Shown: positions 49,099 through 60,657 of the stretch, one piece after another
Numbering within the stretch: position 1 is the first letter of the stretch
How the letters are laid out: every line of letters begins with the position of its first letter
Source: Hyphochytrium catenoides
Taxonomy: Eukaryota; Protista; Hyphochytriomycota
Length of the DNA: 64,000 bases
Direction of reading: 5' to 3'
NCBI GenBank assembly: GCA_900088475.1
Contig: FLMG01001116.1
Coordinates: 33,013-97,012 of the forward strand
Translations under genes and position numbers: made by a program
Notes under the pieces: model-generated
Told to the model about the DNA's origin: nothing
What the model saw: the letters and a program-made list of their open reading frames with translations, nothing else
Databases searched by the model: none

Positions 49099-49500
49099 TC
49101 AAAGCTGAGCTATTCCTCCTTGGGCCGTAGGAGTGCCGCCGAGACTAGATCCTCTGGCGGCAACATAGTTTTTGATCTCCTTGCTTAGGTCCGAGTTATA
49201 CTGGGTCTTCAAATGAACGAAGACAGCACTGGCACCGATCGTAAACCCGATAAAGGTTACAGCTGCACATATTGCAACCCACCCCGCAAGGTTGAGGCCT
49301 CCGGCGGTGTCAGTAGCGGCCTCTTTCAGGTCTCGAGTTATGGAAAGAGATCGTCGAGCTGTCTCTAAGAGATCTTGATGACAGTCAGGTAGCTTAAAGC
49401 GACCCAAAGCAGACCGGCTTCCTTCCACAGCATGAAGTGCTTCTTGCAGAACTGAGAAGATGAGGAAGGCGACAAGGACGGGTGAACACCGCGCAGACAT
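49099..49500 (-). CDS. Small intronless signal-peptide + single-TM protein (133 aa), hypothetical
   Basis: The N-terminus MSARCSPVLVAFLIFSVLQEALHA is signal-like, and GGLNLAGWVAICAAVTFIGFTIGASAVFVHL is a TM segment. Confidence 0.5.
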   Translation of the reverse strand: MSARCSPVLVAFLIFSVLQEALHAVEGSRSALGRFKLPDCHQDLLETARRSLSITRDLKEAATDTAGGLNLAGWVAICAAVTFIGFTIGASAVFVHLKTQYNSDLSKEIKNYVAARGSSLGGTPTAQGGIAQL

Positions 49501-51112
49501 CTCTCCACTTATGAGCTTTCTTTCAACAGCCTTCAGACACACTTATGGAGAGCTTTCTACCATTGTCGCTTGCACAGCAGTTGAGGCATCTCAAGGCAGG
49601 ATCGGCTCTCTAGTGTAAAGCGCAAGAACGTCTTCAGCAAACCAGTCTGTTACACCTTAGAGCAAGGGCCCAACTGGCACCAGGTGGAAGTACTAGTTCT
49701 ATGTCCGAGTCGCGGTCACGGAGATCTCAGTAGTCTAGTTGGAGCTCTTTGCGCTCGACAACAGCTGCCGACTCCTGTCTCTTGCAAGCCGGGACTGACA
49801 AGAGTGTACAGACACAGGATGCAAGCTGTCTGCATGAGAGCAAAGAGAGATGAGAGAAGGCTCTTCTATCCAGAGACAAACCCGTCCAATCTTCAAATAG
49901 TAACAGTCATGAATTCAACTGATACTAACCATATAAACCAGAATTTAACAAGGTTTTCTAACAGTTTGTAGACTGGTAAATCAATGAAGAGCTGAGAAAA
50001 ATAAACACATGATACCACCTAATTCTCATCATACCGCCCATGGGAAATATAAGCAGTGCACTTTAGTCCGAGCCATCATCTTTCGAAAAGCCACCTTCAA
50101 TGCCCAAACTGGGTCGGGGGAATATTTCGTTGGCAACCTTCCAGCAGAGTTAGCACTGTCCACTTTACTTGGATTAGTCATGAAAGATTCCAAAACCTCC
50201 AAAATTGAAACATTCTGAGATTTTGGCTAAGAGAAGCCAGAGGAGCGGAGCTAGGAAGACAGAGCCAGTTGCTGTGGGCGTGTTGAGCCTTTTACTAACA
50301 GAATGGACCAAAGTTAATCTCCATAGAAGAGAGAGATCGGCTCACAGCCCAACGAAGCTCCATCATCTAGACTGCAGACCAAGAGCTAGGAATCATGAAG
50401 AAGGGCTGATGAGGATGGAAGGAGAGAAAATGCAGCAGATTTAGCTCAAAAATGAGCAGAATAATGACATCACGGGTGGTCTGAGCAAGTGAAGAAGACG
50501 TTCTGTCTACACCTTCGCTCCTCCAGTAGAACTACGTAGGCAACTCTGATGATGAGACGCTGAGAAGAAGAATCAGGTCTTCAAAGACTTCACCAGCACC
50601 AGACTTTCTTCCTTCTCTGGAATTGCATCCTCGTCAAGCCTCCATTAACCATCGTTCTCGGTCCTCCGTTCACTCCTATTGCAACTCTCGGCAGTTAGCA
50701 GTACTACCGGAGGCCTATTGAAGGATCTGACTTAGAAAAGCTCCTTTGGAGACGGTACTCAGTATCAGCCATCCCAATACTTCAGTGATTTCTCGTCCAA
50801 TTGAGATCAAGCAGAACCCAGGAAGCTCAGAGTTTGGCCACCCTAAAGCAGCAACAGCGTTGACACGGAGCTCATAGCTACCTATTGTTACCCATTCGCG
50901 GGCTTTCAACCAAACGCGAAGTCCAGAAAAACAGATTGTCCTCACCGGATGTTCCATAAAATGGAGTGCTGCTTCGCCCCTTCAGAGAGCCAGAGAACCC
51001 ATCTCCTTTGATCAACCTCTGAGAGGGCAGTAGCGCTACCTGAAGAAGCTCAAGCGCTACTACGCGACTTAACCAGTACTGCATCAGCACATTTCCTAAG
51101 AGCTGCAGCATA

Positions 51113-51460
51113 ATGGGGTCCCGAGTTTCCGACTTCACGGGCACTACTGCTGTGAACTGCAGAAAGGTGCTGAAAAGTACAATCGTTATACTCTTCTCTC
51201 TTCTATCACATTGCTTTCTTGGCGTTGGAGCCAAAGAAGAAGCCGAACCCTATCACCTGAGTGGCGGTATCTCCTTAGGCGCTTGGATCGCAATTGTCGT
51301 GGTCTGCTTTATATTAGGGGTCATAGGAGGCGCTGGAGTGATGTATTACCTATTGCGGGTTCCTTTCAAAGATAAGCTCCATAGGGTCGTCGTCAGGCGG
51401 CGAGGTTACACAGAGTCCCTAACCTTTAGGGCATCAACCCAAGGAGTACCCGTATTATAG
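51113..51460 (+). CDS. Small intronless signal/anchor + single-TM protein (115 aa), hypothetical
   Basis: IVILFSLLSHCFLGVGA is a hydrophobic segment, followed by the TM GGISLGAWIAIVVVCFILGVIGGAGVMYYLL and a basic tail. Confidence 0.5.
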   Translation: MGSRVSDFTGTTAVNCRKVLKSTIVILFSLLSHCFLGVGAKEEAEPYHLSGGISLGAWIAIVVVCFILGVIGGAGVMYYLLRVPFKDKLHRVVVRRRGYTESLTFRASTQGVPVL

Positions 51461-51784
51461 CCTCGGCGGACGTAGGACTGAGCCAGCGTGGCGTTCTTTC
51501 CGCCTCTTTGCGTCCATGTCCACATCCACAAACAAGATCACTATTCTAACTAATTTCCTTTATGAGCGTATAGGTAAATGACTCCGCATTTGATGCCAGT
51601 ATGGAACGTCTGTTTGGTTAATTAAACACTCTTGATTATTTGATGCCTAGCTAATAGAGTGCGGAGCAGCTTGTAGCACTCCTCTGTCACTCGGGGTGTC
51701 ATAAGAAAGACCTACCATCCAGCGATAAGTCGCGTTGATGAAGTGCAATTGATGCAGTGAATCGAGTATGCATTCGTTGAATGG

Positions 51785-52861
51785 TTAGTTGCGGTTAACG
51801 TTGCCTAGATCTGAGCAAGCTTCCTTGACCCGCCCAATCATGGTCTCCTCGGCCTTGCGGACCCACACACGAGGATCGTAGTACTTCTTGTTGGGCTTAT
51901 CGTCTCCTTCTGGGTTGCCGATCTGGCCCTGGAGGTAACCCTTCTTGGCCTCGTAGAACTCCTTAATACCCTTCCAGTACGCCCACTGGGTATCGGTGTC
52001 GACGTTCATCTTGACGACCCCATACGATACAGCGTCCTGGATTTCCTGCTTTGAGGAACCAGAGCCACCATGGAAGACAAACCACACGGGATTCTCCTTA
52101 TCAGTGCCTAGCTTTTCTCTGACAAAGTCCTGATGCCTCTTAAGAAGATGTGGCTGAAGCTTGACGTTTCCTGGCTTGTAGACGCCATGGACATTGCCAA
52201 AGGCAGCAGCAATGGTGAACATGTCAGTGATCTCGTTGAAGTTTCTGAAGACATCCCAAATGTCCTCAGGCTGGGTGTAGAGCGCGGCATTGTCAACATC
52301 CTCGTTGTTGACACCGTCCTCCTCTCCTCCGGTGATACCAATCTCCATTTCCAAAAGGCACTTCATCGGTGCAAGTCTGGCGAGGTACTTCTTGCATATC
52401 TCAATGTTCTCATCCTTTGGCTCCTCAGAGAGATCGATCATATGAGAACTGAAAAGAGGCTCACCATGCTGCTTGAAGTACTCCTCATCGGCGTCAATCA
52501 TGCCGTCAAGCCATGGAAGGAGCTTCTTTGCGCAGTGGTCAGAGTGGATCACCACTGGAATGCCATAGTGCTTGGCGACTGCACGAACATGATAAGCGCC
52601 AGCTACTGCCCCAAGAATAGACGCCTTCTGGTTCTCGTTGGAGATACCCTTGCCAGCATAAAAGGCACTTCCGCCATTAGAGAACTGAATAATGATCGGT
52701 GAGTTGACCGCCTTGGCAGCTTCCAACGCAGCATTCACTGTGGAGGATGATGTGCAGTTTACTGCTGGGATAGCAAACTTGTGTTCGTGGCAGTAAGCGA
52801 AAAGAGCTCTAAGATTGTCACCAGTGACAACACCTGGAGGAACAACGTCTAGGAGACCCAT
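51785..52861 (-). CDS. FBA: Fructose-bisphosphate aldolase class II (type A), no targeting peptide, intronless CDS
   Basis: A 358-aa ORF with FAIPAVN, IIQFSNGG, HSDHCAKKLLPW, PLFSSHMIDLSEE, LEMEIGITGGEEDGV, AFGNVHGVYKPGNV, VFHGGSGS, KMNVDTDTQWA and PNKKYYDPRVW. Confidence 0.97.
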   Translation of the reverse strand: MGLLDVVPPGVVTGDNLRALFAYCHEHKFAIPAVNCTSSSTVNAALEAAKAVNSPIIIQFSNGGSAFYAGKGISNENQKASILGAVAGAYHVRAVAKHYGIPVVIHSDHCAKKLLPWLDGMIDADEEYFKQHGEPLFSSHMIDLSEEPKDENIEICKKYLARLAPMKCLLEMEIGITGGEEDGVNNEDVDNAALYTQPEDIWDVFRNFNEITDMFTIAAAFGNVHGVYKPGNVKLQPHLLKRHQDFVREKLGTDKENPVWFVFHGGSGSSKQEIQDAVSYGVVKMNVDTDTQWAYWKGIKEFYEAKKGYLQGQIGNPEGDDKPNKKYYDPRVWVRKAEETMIGRVKEACSDLGNVNRN

Positions 52862-54853
52862 GGTTTGCTAGGAGGATGAGAGGTGGTGGTTTCGATGCGA
52901 AATCGGCAGTAAATTGCAGACTGACCAGCTTGTCGGGTGATAAAGTAGAATGAGGCAGGAAGGTTATTCTCTTCATGCCAATAGAGTCAAGAGTCAGAGT
53001 CATCAAAAGGCAACCAAGTCATTGTCCGCAGTCAGTCAGTCCGTCACCTCAGCACTCAAGAAGTGCAAGAGGATCTTTCTCTGGCGTGGAACTTTGGCTG
53101 TAATAATACGCTCAGGCAGAGTGTAGAAAAAGCTTGAAGTCGTAATTTCGCCTCTACTAATAGGCTGTGGGTTAAAGATACTCTTGATATCCGAAATATC
53201 GCACCAAGATCGTGAAGTATCGCTGATTACAGCGCAAGGAATACAGCATAATAAGGCCTGTCCACCAAGCACTTGCTGTGCATAACACCCAGCCTCATGA
53301 GGGTCAGGAACCATAGGTAGATTATGCCATATTCAAAGCCTTCAGGATACTACCTATCTGGAATGATAAGGTCTGTGTGTACGTGTCAACTGAGTGCTTC
53401 ATAGAGCCCCGCCCTTTCTCTTCCTCCCTCCTTCCACACTCATTCACCACATTGCAGCCCATGCATCCAACATCCAACGTTGTCCTTGTCAACAAACTGC
53501 CTAGGAAGCCAGATCTGAAGGAATGTACTTGGTTGCAGCGCCACGTTTCTGTTCAACAACATCATCTTTGCAGTGGCTTGATGTGCGATCAAACCTGCCC
53601 TCGGCGTATGAGCAGTTGGCCATCAGTCATAGCTTTTCCTCCGTTCTCTCATTCTGACAAGGATTGAGGGACAGAGAGCTTGTTACGACTGCAACCTCTA
53701 CAATCAAGGAGTAGGGCTACTACTGCTTCCAGCAACTGACATCTTCCGTGACCTTTCATGGCCCGCCCGCTTCAACGCCGCTTCCCTTGCCGATTAGGGA
53801 GTATTATCCTCCGTTAGCCAATAAAAATTTCACTGTAGACTCTTGCACCGCCACAGAACAGCTTCGATGATTACCATTTGTTCTTGTTAAGTAGACTTCC
53901 TCCTTCTTAGTGTAGCTGAGGGCTACCCAATGCTCTTTGCCCCACCAGCACTGCCTTGTCCGGTCCCATGACCTACGTACTACTAACAACAATCACATGG
54001 GGAGACGACGCAAAGCCAGAGTGAAGCACCAGCAGCTTCCGACAAGAGTATGATTAGCTATGCTACCCCAGCTGCTACTCCTGTCTACTTACTGTACCTG
54101 TATTAAACTCAATACTTGGCCTTGAAGGATTAAAGAGAAACATAAGACGTAAAAGATACTGCCGAGGAGTAGGCAAGCCCAATTCTCACTGGACTTTTTT
54201 AGACTGTATCATTGATAGGACTTCTTTAGGCCCAGGCGAACTAACCCCGCCGATAAGCACGGCGGTACACACGTGCATACCTCGTCCTCTATCTGCCCCA
54301 TACAGAGTAGCCTTCAATAAAGCTTAGGAGGTCTACAGCTAAACCGACAGACTATGAATAAGTATTCGCCAACGGACACTTCCTTCTAGTTGGCGCTTCT
54401 TACCAACTTGATGCTTCCAGCAAAGATAAGCCTTGATGCATAATTGGAATGTTTTAGTCAGATCAAACTATCTGTAGCAATTGAACGCCTTCGTATCATT
54501 GCCCACCAATATTCACCTCGCCCTAACACTTCGACCGTGGCGGGCGGGGCCGGAGAGTCCAGCATGTATTCGGGGTCGTCACGCAGAGTGCTACGATAGC
54601 TACTCGGACTTGAGGCATGCTATGTGTTCAGGGAAACCTCTGTGGTCAGGCTATAAGCAAGCTAATCACACAGAATAAGCCTCGATGCGTCCAATGACCC
54701 TGATACTACGGACTTATGGGTTTAGAAGGATGGAAAGCCATGTTCTTGGAGGTTCCGTAAGTACACATGATTACACTTCGTAGATGCGGCATCCATTGGG
54801 TTCAGGCATTTCACTTCTAGTCCTCCGCTAAACGGGAACGTAGCAAGAGCTTC

Positions 54854-55541
54854 TTAATGATTTGATCCACGGAGCTGCCTCTTCTCAATCTTGATCACTT
54901 CCTCCAAGCTCTGCTCATGAAATTTGCATGACAGGCCCTCACCAAGGTCCAACCTGAGGTCGCGATTTAGAGCCTTCTTGAAACCTTTCCTGGATAAAAG
55001 CCAATTAATAGGGATGGCGCAGAAGATGTTACAAGCAGGTTAGAAATCACTGCAGTGGCAAGTGAAGAGTACTTGGGAAATGCTGGAGCTCGCTTTTATA
55101 CTTGGGGCCGCACCTGTCAAAAGCTACTAACGGGTACTTCTGCTCAAACTCTTCCAAGGTACTATCAACTACGAACTCAGCATGTTCCAGACCCGATGGA
55201 TAGAAGCTTCCAGGCTTTGGACTGGGTAGCTCGATTACGTCCACAGCTCGGACTCTGCCATTACTGCTGTCTTGGCATAGCACTGGCTCAGCGAGTTTAA
55301 ACGTGGAGATGAGCCTCCCACCGATTTCCGATTCAATCAAGAGTTCCCCAGCTGCTTCCAGTCCTCTCACACAGGATTGATATTCCTCTTCAGTGCTCAC
55401 TCTATAGCAGACGTGGTCCAAGAAGTAGCCATCGACATCAATGCCGTGACGTTTAACGAGATTGAGCAACTTCGCTACAAAGTCTGGTATCCCGCTGATG
55501 ATACGAGTGACCGCTAGTTCAGCTCCACCACGTGCAGTCAT
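54854..55541 (-). CDS. YecM-like VOC-superfamily metalloprotein (2 exons; intron 54990-55113)
   Basis: Motifs LDHVCYRV, GELLIESEIGGRLISTFKL and IELPSPKPGSFYPSGLEHAEFVV are present. Exon 2 supplies SCKFHEQSLEEVIKIEK. Confidence 0.82.
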
Positions 55542-56605
55542 CGTCCCAAGAGGCTCTCCAGGTGCTCTCTTCTTCAGATCCTACCTTCCACTACCCCTAG
55601 TAAAATAGAGATATATGAGACCTGCTGCTGCCTCTGAAGAAGTAAGGAGGCATCAGCTGCCAAGTGAATAAGAAGCTTCAAGTGTTGGGAGAAGACATGG
55701 AGATCTATCTTGGCAAGGAGCACGTCTAGTTCCCGCCATTATTTTGCCGCCAACCACTGGAAAACGCGCAGTTTGCTAATTAGATATTTAATTTCGGGTG
55801 CGGAGGTAAATGAAGTCTTAGTTTCGACTCGCCTTGGATAGAGGCTCATTTTGTCAAGACAAAACATAACTCTTTCGGTTCACTTTGTTTTTTGGGGTAA
55901 AACCTGCCTTCACAGACAGAAAGTTCGAAAAGGGTTGGGCGAGTCAAGCTGGCACCGAAGGTCTATAATCTTTGGCTCAACTATGGACTTTTCATATGTT
56001 AGCGTTTGAGCTGGTTCGCTACGGGGCTCTCATGTGTGGAGAGCTTTATAATGACTTTTGAGCGTGGTGGAAGGTGTGCATGCTTTTGATCGGCCAGGCA
56101 AATGCATTGATCCCTAGTAGGCAGCTATAGGGAAGAATGGCTCCGGCACCTCAATAATGGCTAACAAGAACAAATCTCCGCCGCTCTTAGGCACAGGCCC
56201 TGCTGTGTCCCGTAGTAGATTTCCTTTTGCTAAGTAGTGGAAGAGGCAAGATAGGGAAAGATTACGGGGACATCTTGTCGGATTATATCCCACGCTATAC
56301 GGCAGCAACCCTCGGCTGCGGCATCGGCAAACCTATCCCTTGGCGTTGAATCCTGCTACTGCTACCTGACTTAGGTTTGTTAAGGGTGATAAGAATGTCT
56401 AAAGAGCACCAGAGTGAAGAAGTTCTACGAAACGTTCACCTAACAGGGTTAGGCTGTTAACCATAAGCAGGCAGTGGTACTTGTAGAGTTCGGAGACTTC
56501 ATTTAGCTTACTTCTCTTCTAGTATTTACGTAGCTGTCTGCAAAGCGCCAAGAAAACACCTTCCGTTCCTCTATCTCGGGTACGACTCCAGAGCCCAGCG
56601 CAGCC

Positions 56606-56687
56606 AAGGCACTTTCATATCTCGGTCAGGGGAGTGCACCTTCAATGAAGTTTCTGCAAACCCTATCATTACGTATGACAGCACCTT
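56606..56687 (-). promoter_or_regulatory. SECIS element (eukaryotic form II) in the 3' UTR of the SelW gene
   Basis: In the sense RNA, helix I is AAGGUGCUGUCAUA / UAUGAAAGUGCCUU. The core is AUGAU (AUGA at 56669-56666) opposite UGAC (UGA at 56628-56626). An 11-nt helix II arm leads to unpaired AAA (56653-56651) and an apical mini-stem CUUC-AUU-GAAG. Confidence 0.85.
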
Positions 56688-56780
56688 CAGACTGGCCCTG
56701 ACCTCTGGCCGAGATAAGAGGCTTCTGATAGTTTTCCCTTCTGTTTCGCCCTCAGCTACGGGTTGGTGCCTGGGAGCACT

Positions 56781-57157
56781 CTACTTGAGGTAGGGTTTCA
56801 GCAGGGCGACGAGGGCATCCAGCTATGAAGGTACACAAGAGTTAGTGGGTATAGGCCTGAAAGTCTATGCCAGGTACTATAGACGCAGGAGGAGCTGTTT
56901 GATCCTCTCACCTTCTCTTTGGAGTCCACGAAACCCTGCTTGCGCTGCTTCTTGGAGTGAATCAACACTCCTTCCCCAACGTTCAGGCCTTCCGGCCATG
57001 CTCTGACTTCGAAGTTCCCCGTCGTACCAGGGTCCTCCATGGGAACAAGCTGGATCGCATCCCCCAGAACTTCCCGCAGCGCTTTCTCTAACGCTCGGTA
57101 CTTTGAAAAGTACCCTCACCCACCGCAGTACTGGACTGAAACAGCTAGTGGTGCCAT
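56781..57157 (-). CDS. SELENOW: Selenoprotein W (Rdx family, CxxU), 95 aa; exons 57157-56912 and 56822-56781
   Basis: The translation is MAPLAVSVQYCGG-TGA(57118-57116)-GYFSKYRALEKAL...DPGTTGNFEV...LIHSKK...GFVDSKEK-LDALVALL. SelW homology continues on both sides of the UGA, and a SECIS lies downstream. Confidence 0.92.
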
Positions 57158-57993
57158 GATGATGGGATAGTTGTCTTGATTACGAAACTTGGACTTGCCT
57201 CTCCAAGTCAAGAAAGCTCGAAGGTAGGTTCTTTATGCTTCTCTGGAAGAGATAGAATGGCAATGTGGCCAAGATGAAGCCTCGTCGGGCGAAAGCTGCG
57301 GCAGAGAGCTTGCTTCCACAGGGTTTGCTGATCTTCTTCAAGACAAAACTTCAGCAGAGGGGAAAACAGTAATGGTTGTCTCTTATTACTAGAGATTAGC
57401 AGTTCTTAACGAATTGCGCATTGCGTATTGCTAATCCTGGCGTTTCTCTCTTTATTCTTTATCCTTTATCCTCATATATCATTAATCAGTACTATACATT
57501 CAGAATAGGCTTGCAAATGCCTCACATCTCACTCACTGTCAAGACAATGATTCTTCTGCTGTCTACTATTCGGAATCGGTCCGTTCTAACTCCTGGATAG
57601 AAGATACCCTGACGTCAGGGCTGATTCTGACGTGACTGGAAAGGTTACGAAGCTGCGAAGGATGACCGCCATCTGACCCCTGCTGTCCTCTTCGTCTTCT
57701 CCTCTCTTTTTCCCTTCGTCGCCACCTGTCCACTGCCAGTCCACCACTTGCCTTTGACACGCAGGAAGGTAGGGAACGTTTAACAGCAGCAGCAACTCCA
57801 AGCCTGCCGGGGCATCTACCAACAGAGCGACTCTCGCTTGGGGGTATGGCCCATTGATAGGTCCCGTGGTTATTTAGGCTGTTAAGTACATAGCTATCCT
57901 CACTGGCGCGACGTTCTCACCGTCTCACATAACTAGGCTAGGCAGGGATCAAGCAGACTGGACAACTGCTTGAGAAGGAAAGCTGATTGAAAG

Positions 57994-60232
57994 ATGGCGC
58001 GGGCCGCCAAGGTTGCGATATGTCTTTTCAGGAACGACTTGAGAGTGAGAGATAATGAATTGTTGGCAAGGGCCAACAGCGCCGCTGCTGCAACGCATAT
58101 CCTACCCATCTTTGTCGTTGACCCGCGGCAGTACCATGTTGATCTTCTCGACAGTATGCGGCAGAAGGAAGCTTCCCACAGCGGATTAGACCTTTCCAAG
58201 GGACCCACAACCTGGCACTTTGAGTTTCCCAAGTGTCACACGTTTAGGAGCCGCTTTCTGATGGAAGGCCTAGCAGATCTTCAATATAATCTACACAAGC
58301 TTGGCAGTGGCTTGATGGTGCTCGCCGGAAGGCCTGAAGAGGTGGTTCCTACTCTTGTCTCAAAACTACGTGAGTCTAGCTATGACGTTAGCTCGGTATT
58401 GCTACAGCAGGAGGTAGGACCCAAAGCTGCGAATGCCTTGCGGTGTCTCTTTCTTCTTTTCTGCTACACAGTCCCGGCGCAATTTCCTTGTTTCTTCGGG
58501 TTACTTATTCATCTATCCTTCTCTAGCTTTGTTTCCCTTTCCTCTACGGGCGTCTTTCCCTCTTTTACCTTCTGTCCCTTTCTTTCTCAGCTGGCTGTAA
58601 CGTACTGGTCCACCTTCACTTCCACTCATTCTTTTCAAAACACTCTGACGCAAACAATATTTGACAGACGACATATGAAGAAGTCAGCGTTGAAAGAATG
58701 CTTGGCAAGGCGCTGTCTCAGGTCTCTGTTCCCTTGACGCTTTTTTGGGGCAGCACTATGTACCACAAGGACGATCTGCCTTACCGCGACTTGAAAAAAG
58801 AGCTACCCTTAACCTATACCACCTTTCGGAAAAGAATCGAGAAAGAAGGGACACTAGTCCGCAAGCCCTTCGAGGTTCCCAAAAGGCTGCTACCTCTGCC
58901 TCAGGTCAACTGGTTCTCTCCTTCGCTCTCGCTCTTTGGCTTCAAGAACGATCCCCTGCAATCGATCGCTTTGCATCCGGAGGGAAAAGATAGGCGGTCA
59001 GCCTTTCCCTTTACTGGTGGCGAAAGTAGCGGTCTACAAAGGGTACATTCGTACTTCTTCGAGACAGAAGGAGTGAAGACGTACAAGGAGACAAGAAATG
59101 GTTTGACTGGAACCGAATACTCTTCCAAACTGTCTCCTTTCCTAGCACTTGGCTTTGTGTCTCCTCGTACCGTCTATTATGAACTCTTGAGGTACGAGAG
59201 GACCCGAGAAAAGAACCAGTCTACATATCATCTGTGGTTTGAGCTTCTTTGGAGAGATTTCTTCAAGTTCATTTCTATAAAAATTGGCAATGGAATCTTC
59301 TACCTAAATGGCGGTATGGAAGGGGAAGGGCAAGGACAAGCTTATGGGGGAGAAGAGGGAGCCAAACCTGTGGTTCCTTCGTCGACCAAAAAAGCAGCCG
59401 ACGTACATGGTAGGTCAAGCGATAAGAAGGAGCAACGGTGGGCCACGAACAAGAATCACTTTGAGGTTTGGAAAGAAGGAAAGACCGGCATCCCTTGGGT
59501 AGATGCCAACATGAGAGAGCTCAATGCGACTGGGTAAGCTCAACTTAACCTCGCCACTCGGTCATCGCCCTTCCCTCGCCCCTCGCCCTCTATCGGACGT
59601 GGATCGGTTTCGTGTGTTCTCCTCGCCTGCTTCTATTGTGTGCCTGTGTAGGACCCTTTTCAGAGGTGGAAAGCTTTAGTCTTCTAGGCAGTCCCTGTTG
59701 CCCACAAACTCGGTACTCTAACCAACTCTACACATCTCACTCCTGATGTCTGCTGTACCTTAGTTTCATGTCAAACAGAGGAAGGCAGAACGTTGCAAGC
59801 TTTCTGGCGAAGTCCCTAGGCATAGACTGGCGCCTAGGGGCAGAGTACTTTGAGTCGCTACTCATAGACCACGATCCTTCTTCGAACTATGGGAACTGGC
59901 AGTACGCTTCGGGAGTGGGCCATCTAGACCCCAGGGAGAATAGGAAGTTCAACCAGATAAAGCAAGCCAAGGACTATGATCCGGAGGGCGCCTATATTAG
60001 GTTGTGGGTGCCGGAGTTGAAGGATGTCCCTGCAAAGTATATTCATTCGCCATGGCTTATGAATATTCTGGAGCAGTCAGCAGCAGGAGTTAGGCTCGGA
60101 GATGATTACCCGAGACCGATAATTGTGGAAGATGAGTGGAAGAGACATTACTCGTCCTATGCTGGGACCGGGAGAGACAGCAGACAGCAGGACCGTCGGC
60201 GACATAGAGGACATAGAGTAAGCAGGATGTGA
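57994..60232 (+). CDS. Cryptochrome DASH (photolyase/cryptochrome family); introns 58414-58667 and 59534-59763
   Basis: Motifs [113 protein letters not shown] and [10 protein letters not shown] are present. Confidence 0.93.
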
Positions 60233-60657
60233 TAAACTCGCGCCTGTCATCTATTAGACATAAAGAACTAATGTTCCCTATTGATGGAGAAAGGCGGCGC
60301 CAAGCATCTGATAGCACCGAAGGCGAAGTAAGCTAATACTGCCAACATGTTGACAACTCGGAGACAAAGACGCGCTCTTCACCTGAAATGAATACAACGA
60401 AACGAGAAGATTTGTCTTTTATTATTAGATAGAATCAGTTTTAGAGATTGCTGAGTACGCTATGCTGTAAAGGAAGGGTGGTCGCCTGCCATATGGGTGA
60501 GAAGGTAATTGGGCATTCATCCTTGTGCTCAGAATCAGCGGGGCTTGAATGTAACGTTAGGCCTATGATCATCAGCCATTTGCCAGCCCTTATCTATCAG
60601 CCAGATGACTGCTTAAAGGGAAACCTGTCTACAAACAAAGCAATTGGCAGCTCGGCT

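Noticed and set aside
52133-52702. 189-aa plus-strand ORF
   Set aside because: It is the antisense shadow of the codon-biased aldolase gene.
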